Origin: Candidatus Heimdallarchaeota archaeon
GTDB lineage: Archaea > Asgardarchaeota > Heimdallarchaeia > Heimdallarchaeales > Heimdallarchaeaceae
Length of the DNA: 54,118 nucleotides
Reading direction: 5' to 3'
Assembly (NCBI GenBank): GCA_021399395.1
Contig: JAAFKJ010000081.1
Span: forward strand, 1-54,118
Part shown: positions 49,376 through 54,118 of the stretch, in pieces
Numbering within the stretch: the first letter of the stretch is position 1
Layout: each line of letters starts with the position of its first letter
The notes under the pieces: generated by a model
What the model was told of the DNA's origin: nothing
The model's database searches: none
Seen by the model: the letters and a program-made list of their open reading frames with translations, nothing else
Program-made: the position numbers and the translations under genes

Positions 49376-50896
49376 TTACAACTCCTTCGGACCATGAATT
49401 ATGTCCAAGATCATCCTTTCCATATCTATTGGTTGAAAATCTGCTACAAGCTTGGATGCAGATGTAAGACGACCCTCTGATGAAGAGTGAATCTCAAAAA
49501 GTGTATCTCCCTTCTTGAAACGATCTCCTCGTTTTATTTTCAAATGGACTCCAGCTGTTTTATCTGTTGGAGCTCCAGCTTGTCGAGCTAGAGTAGATAT
49601 TGCTGCACTATCTACAGAATATACAACACCTTCACTATCTGCAGTGATGCTCTCAACATAATCAGCTTTAGGTAAATCATCAACCTTGATATTTTCATTA
49701 CCTCCTTGAGCTGCTACAATTTCCTTGAATTTAGTAAATGCCTTCCCACTTCTCAGAATTTCTTCAGAATATTCGTATCCATATCCTCTCGGACACCAGT
49801 TATGAGCTTCGAAAATAATTCCTGTCAGAGATAATGCTTTCTTCATCAAATCTGCACTACCAGTTTGATCTGTTAGAATCTGAAGTACATCTCTTGCTTC
49901 TAATGCGGGACCGATCATACTTCCAATGGGTCTATCTCCTGGACTTATAATACAATCAAGTTTGATTTTCAATGCATATCCAATTGAAGTAAATAAACTT
50001 CCAACTTCTTGCGCATCTTCTCTGTGTACAACCTTTGCTCCCTTACCTGTTGGAAGATCAATTAACACGTATTCAGACCCAGCAGCAATTTTCTTGGATA
50101 GAATGCTAGCAACCATGAACTCTTTGGGATCAATTTTGATGGTCTCTAGGACTGAAATTATTTTATCTGAAATGTCGGCTAAACCTACAGTTTCACCACT
50201 AACAATACATCCTCCTGTGGTATCGACGACATGTATCATCTCTTCAAGTTGAAGTTCAACAGGCATCAATAATTCAACAGTATCAATTGTTCCTGCTGGA
50301 GATGTTATTGCTCTGGTAGAAACCTTCGGAACTGTCAATCCTGCTGCAGCAAGGACGGGGACCATAATAGGTGTGATTCTATTTCCTGCTATTCCTCCAA
50401 TACTGTGTTTGTCAACAACAGGTTTTTTCTTTGGATCAATAATTGCGGAATTGTGAATTATAGCTTTAGCTATAGAAGTAGTCTCGTCTAGAGTTAAACC
50501 CTGTACTTGAAAGAGTGACATTAGAACTGCGATTTGTGTAGGGTGCATCAGATTCTTATCTATAGCGTCAAATATCGAATTGATTTCATCTGCTTTTAAC
50601 TGCTCCCCTCTCATTTTCTTGTGAATTAGGTGAATAATATTCTCATTGGTTAGATCTTTTAAAACTATATCATCACCTTTGTGTATCCCATATTCCTTTG
50701 CGATAACACTAGAAATTCCAATTGTGTTCTCAGGATATTTATCGATGGTATACACCTTTAAACCAAAATTGAAGGGTGATATTTCTATTAATTGACCTGG
50801 CAGGATGTCAAATTTCTGTGCTAATTCATTATTAATAAACATGTATTCTGGTTCAGAATCTAACATTTTTTCTATTTTAACTATTAATTTTACCAT
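49376..50896 (-). CDS. deoA: AMP phosphorylase (archaeal DeoA-type, thymidine-phosphorylase family with N-terminal extension)
   Basis: An N-terminal extra domain of about 85 aa, then the glycosyltransferase-family-3 core DKHSIGGIAGNR, and the C-terminal alpha/beta domain (GVHLKIKRGDRFKKGDTLFEIHS). Length is 506 aa. Confidence 0.75.
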   Translation of the reverse strand: MVKLIVKIEKMLDSEPEYMFINNELAQKFDILPGQLIEISPFNFGLKVYTIDKYPENTIGISSVIAKEYGIHKGDDIVLKDLTNENIIHLIHKKMRGEQLKADEINSIFDAIDKNLMHPTQIAVLMSLFQVQGLTLDETTSIAKAIIHNSAIIDPKKKPVVDKHSIGGIAGNRITPIMVPVLAAAGLTVPKVSTRAITSPAGTIDTVELLMPVELQLEEMIHVVDTTGGCIVSGETVGLADISDKIISVLETIKIDPKEFMVASILSKKIAAGSEYVLIDLPTGKGAKVVHREDAQEVGSLFTSIGYALKIKLDCIISPGDRPIGSMIGPALEARDVLQILTDQTGSADLMKKALSLTGIIFEAHNWCPRGYGYEYSEEILRSGKAFTKFKEIVAAQGGNENIKVDDLPKADYVESITADSEGVVYSVDSAAISTLARQAGAPTDKTAGVHLKIKRGDRFKKGDTLFEIHSSSEGRLTSASKLVADFQPIDMERMILDIIHGPKEL

Positions 50897-51034
50897 GTAA
50901 TAACCGCCAGTTATATTCTGTATCTTTAAACATTAAGTGATTTCAGTTGTATAATAAGCATTGTGGATGAGTAACATTTCCCTTTTCCTCTCCCATAATA
51001 ATTATTAATCACCTATGTCTACATTATTCTAACA

Positions 51035-51187
51035 ATGTTTGGAGAACAAGAAACACCCCAACCAAAAAATGAAGAAGAAGAAGAAGAGAAACTCTTTCGT
51101 TGTAGTGGTTGTGGTACACCTCTAGGCAGATTAGATGAAACATGTCCACACTGTGAAAGGATTAACCCTCATTATCTTCTAAGATAG
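51035..51187 (+). CDS. Small zinc-ribbon protein (50 aa), below the ORF-track size cutoff
   Basis: My own translation: MFGEQETPQPKNEEEEEEKLFRCSGCGTPLGRLDETCPHCERINPHYLLR. It contains CxxC-x10-CxxC. An AT-rich TATA-like ataataattattaa lies about 30 nt upstream. Confidence 0.45.
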   Translation: MFGEQETPQPKNEEEEEEKLFRCSGCGTPLGRLDETCPHCERINPHYLLR

Positions 51188-51248
51188 ATAAGAGACTAAG
51201 GAAAAAGATAAAATACATTTACAATTAATAATCACGTAGGTTAATAAA

Positions 51249-51422
51249 ATGGCTAACATACCTTTACCACCAAGCAAACAAGGACAGTCAAAGGGAAATC
51301 CAGATGCTGACTGTGAGAAATATGAACCAATTATGGGTGATTATTGCAAATATTTCGTAACTAAAACTGGGGAGTGTATGATTAAATTTAACCTATGTGA
51401 TGGTTATGGAAAACTGAAATGA
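51249..51422 (+). CDS. Small Cys-containing protein (57 aa), below the ORF-track size cutoff
   Basis: My own translation: MANIPLPPSKQGQSKGNPDADCEKYEPIMGDYCKYFVTKTGECMIKFNLCDGYGKLK, with four Cys. aggt lies 8 nt upstream of the ATG. Confidence 0.4.
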   Translation: MANIPLPPSKQGQSKGNPDADCEKYEPIMGDYCKYFVTKTGECMIKFNLCDGYGKLK

Positions 51423-51441
51423 AACCATCACCGATTCTTTT

Positions 51442-52275
51442 CTACCTTCTCAACAATTGATCTAGATCGTTACTTACATCTTTTACATTAGCAACTATTC
51501 TGTTCTGTCCTGATCCTTTGATACCCCCCTCATCTATAGTTGAGGATGTAAGAAATAGAGGTTTGAAGAAATCTTTTATCATTTGTTTTCCGTCGCCAAG
51601 TAGACAGGAACAAGTTCCTTCATACTTATCTCCTTCAACTTTTTTAACTCTAAAGAAACTTACATGATTTGATCTATCTCTCCATATTATCAAATTTGCA
51701 GCAAGAATGATATTATCTCTAATTATATGTCCTAAGAATACATTGGAATCGAGACCCAATTCATATAATTCAGAACTTGGCTTTGTATCAAAATTTGTGA
51801 GAACCATCATTTTGGTGTTCTTTGATAATTGTTCGTATCTTTCTATAGGTGTCTGTTCTGTACCTTCTTTTATGATAAATAGATACGATCTGTCTCTTCT
51901 CAAGGTATAAGCTGCTTGATATTCAATCATAGCAGAAGCTAGTTCAATATATAATGGTGCTTCCTTTTTGGTTAGTTCAAACTTGTCTATTGATTGAATT
52001 GGCACTTTAGATTTAGCTAGCAAACTGCACACAAGCACTCCTATCAAATCATGTGAGAGTGGTCCTGCTATAATGCAGCCAGTAGGGAGTAAAATTGCTG
52101 GAAGTTGGTTTAATGGAATTCCTTTTTTCTCAGCAGACTCTCTGTTCTTACTAACTTGATGTATAAAGAGTTTGACTTCTTCTGTTTCAAGAGCACTTAT
52201 TACTGCAGTCAAGAACTTCAGAGAAGGTTGACAATGATCACAATTTTCTTCATGAATAAATATTTCGATTTCCAT
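51442..52275 (-). CDS. Hypothetical protein with N-terminal thioredoxin/glutaredoxin-like CxxC region
   Basis: MEIEIFIHEENCDHCQPSLKFL...KGIPLNQLPAILLPTGCIIAGP resembles a small thioredoxin-fold module (beta-CxxC-helix ... cis-Pro strand). The remaining 190 aa or so are unassigned. Confidence 0.4.
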   Translation of the reverse strand: MEIEIFIHEENCDHCQPSLKFLTAVISALETEEVKLFIHQVSKNRESAEKKGIPLNQLPAILLPTGCIIAGPLSHDLIGVLVCSLLAKSKVPIQSIDKFELTKKEAPLYIELASAMIEYQAAYTLRRDRSYLFIIKEGTEQTPIERYEQLSKNTKMMVLTNFDTKPSSELYELGLDSNVFLGHIIRDNIILAANLIIWRDRSNHVSFFRVKKVEGDKYEGTCSCLLGDGKQMIKDFFKPLFLTSSTIDEGGIKGSGQNRIVANVKDVSNDLDQLLRR

Positions 52276-52354
52276 TTTAGTCCAACTTCAAAGTCATTAA
52301 CAGAATGAATTGCAATATGTGTAGATTAATATAAAGATTTTTGTTCATTGTAAT

Positions 52355-53611
52355 TTATTTCTTAGCTGTTTTTCGGATATATCGAACTAGATATTTTTCT
52401 CTAGCTTCTGAAATAGCTTCGTATGCATGAGCGAAGCAATCTAATCTTCTTTCGGGGATTGGGTCCCAACCTCTTCCGTCACTGTTCTCTGCCAGTAGAA
52501 GGTGTTTCCACATATCCTCAGTAATATCGGCTTCGGGTAGATGTGAAAAATACCAGCGAGCTTCTTGACATAATCTTTCTAGTTTCTTATTATCTTCGTC
52601 TTCTGTCCATAGATCTAATCTTCGTCTTGGGGCCCAGCTACCCGTTTTCATATAACCCAAATCCTTAGGTTTGTGCTTTTCTAAATACTTAGATGGAAGA
52701 ATCATCTCAAACCCCTTTACCTTAAGCATTTGTTGAATCAAATTCTTTAGGTCTTCTTCAGTGAGTAATTTTCCTTCAATAAAACTTCTATATCCAAAAA
52801 ATTCTATATCAGTCCCATAGGGTATAACCAACCCAGTTGAATCTTTGAATTTTGAGAGTAGTTTTGCTACTTTTTTTGGATTGATAAATGGAAATCCAAG
52901 AACACTTGCTGTTGAAAAAATACTCCATGCTTGAGGTACTTTAAGACCAGTAATAGTGCCTTTAACACCTTTTAATTCAACGGGGGAGAAATTTGCTCGC
53001 TTACAGTATTTAGTGATGCCTTTTCTAGCTTTATTGAAATTACTGATTTTTCTAAGAAGTCCTTTAGCTTTGAGAAAATCTATGATATAATGTGTTGCTG
53101 AATAGTATGGTGAATTGTAAAGATTAGCGTCATTAAGGAGAGGATTGCTCATATTATATAATTCTTCATCAATAAATACATACGAGAAATCAAAGTTTTT
53201 TAGAATTCCAGGTAATAGAGGATCATATGCAAGTTCAGGTAACCAGAACCCTTTAGGTTCATAATTCATCACTTTTTTCAGAACCCTCTGGTTAAATTCG
53301 ATTTGTTTTTTTATGTCTTCTATAGGTAAGAGTGGAAAGATGGGATGAGAATAACCGCATCCTGTGAGCTCAAATTTACCTTTATCTATCCCAAGTTTGA
53401 TTAACTCAATAACTTCTGGATATTCACTATTGAGTATCTCTAAAGTTACTCCAGTGAAATTAAGAACTACCTCGATTTTCGGCATTTCTAGTAAAGCTGA
53501 TATAACAGGAACATAACTATGTTTTACAACTTTAGGAATCTCACTTACTGGAATCTCCGCATATTGAAGATTTGCATGTAAAATGATTGTTGAATACACA
53601 AAAAGAGACAC
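52355..53611 (-). CDS. Glycoside hydrolase family 57-like protein
   Basis: N-terminal IILHANLQYAEIP, ELTGCGYSHPIFPLL and GFWLPELAY (the nucleophile-Glu context) follow the GH57 catalytic-domain pattern. Confidence 0.6.
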   Translation of the reverse strand: MSLFVYSTIILHANLQYAEIPVSEIPKVVKHSYVPVISALLEMPKIEVVLNFTGVTLEILNSEYPEVIELIKLGIDKGKFELTGCGYSHPIFPLLPIEDIKKQIEFNQRVLKKVMNYEPKGFWLPELAYDPLLPGILKNFDFSYVFIDEELYNMSNPLLNDANLYNSPYYSATHYIIDFLKAKGLLRKISNFNKARKGITKYCKRANFSPVELKGVKGTITGLKVPQAWSIFSTASVLGFPFINPKKVAKLLSKFKDSTGLVIPYGTDIEFFGYRSFIEGKLLTEEDLKNLIQQMLKVKGFEMILPSKYLEKHKPKDLGYMKTGSWAPRRRLDLWTEDEDNKKLERLCQEARWYFSHLPEADITEDMWKHLLLAENSDGRGWDPIPERRLDCFAHAYEAISEAREKYLVRYIRKTAKK

Positions 53612-53719
53612 TAAATTAACATTATAAACATTTTGGGAACATTACTAACGGGGGACAGTTATTGTTGGTCATTATAGTATTCCGAAGGTATTAAATATCA
53701 ATTTAAGAGAGTTCAGATA

Positions 53720-54118
53720 ATGACTGTTCGAGAGATTCGAAAGAACCCTTTTACAAATGAGTGGATTATCTATTCGGAAACTAGACAAACAAGACCTGAT
53801 CGTGAGGAGGGATTTTGCCCACTTTGCACAGGGTCAGAAGAGGTTCCGAGCTTCAGTCAACCATTGAGAATTCCAAACAAATTTCCTGCACTTAGTCTTG
53901 ATGAAGAAACTAAAAAGACTAAGAAAGGAGATTTTCAGTTGAAAATGAATGGATATGGGAAATGTGAACTGATAGTCTATACTGATGTTCATAATGCTAA
54001 ATTCGTTGACTTGACCAATGAAGAAGTCATGCTCATTTTTGAGAAATGGATGGAAGCAACAAAAGAAATTGGGTCAAATAAAGAAATCAAATATATTCTG
54101 CCTTTCGAAAATTATGGA
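53720..54118 (+). CDS. galT: Galactose-1-phosphate uridylyltransferase, N-terminal part (runs off the window)
   Basis: My own translation: MTVREIRKNPFTNEWIIYSETRQTRPDREEGFCPLCTGSEEVPS...ILPFENYG. The R.NP.T.EW...R..RP, CP.C and FEN.G blocks are GalT-like. There is no stop in the window, so it is absent from the ORF track. Confidence 0.65.
   Translation, partial: MTVREIRKNPFTNEWIIYSETRQTRPDREEGFCPLCTGSEEVPSFSQPLRIPNKFPALSLDEETKKTKKGDFQLKMNGYGKCELIVYTDVHNAKFVDLTNEEVMLIFEKWMEATKEIGSNKEIKYILPFENYG

Overview
This is a gene-dense, visibly AT-rich archaeal chromosomal segment with about 50 protein genes. Most spacers are under 150 bp, and several gene pairs overlap or abut. The archaeal assignment rests on TFB, the PriS/PriL primase pair, an archaeal-type AlaRS, XPD, a Dpo4-like polymerase, Cgi121, SepF, pyruvoyl arginine decarboxylase, AMP phosphorylase and CofE.

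Most of the window is housekeeping:
- Translation: alaS, argS.
- Replication and repair: priS, priL, a Y-family polymerase, XPD, a RecJ-like DHH nuclease.
- Nitrogen and polyamines: glnA, pdaD, a CN-hydrolase.
- Pterin: CofE-like plus FolP.
- Sugar metabolism: a GalK-like kinase, GalT, GH57, a PfkB kinase, AMP phosphorylase.
- Three secreted, C-terminally anchored proteins: a PKD protein, a PLD plus lamin-tail-domain protein, and an S8 subtilase.

I found no rRNA, tRNA, CRISPR array, transposase or integrase.

The unusual content is a set of eukaryote-signature-like proteins:
- A 691-aa protein with about eight tandem winged-helix-like modules, ending in a zinc ribbon plus a RING/PHD-like cross-brace finger.
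- A tail-anchored JAMM/MPN+ metalloprotease next to a kinase-fold protein.
- Three or four Roadblock/LC7 or longin-like domains in two small clusters, with no GTPase nearby.

This combination, together with the low GC, suggests an Asgard (Lokiarchaeia-like) genome. That is an inference, not a demonstrated assignment. All functional calls come from motifs read by eye in the supplied translations; no searches were run.
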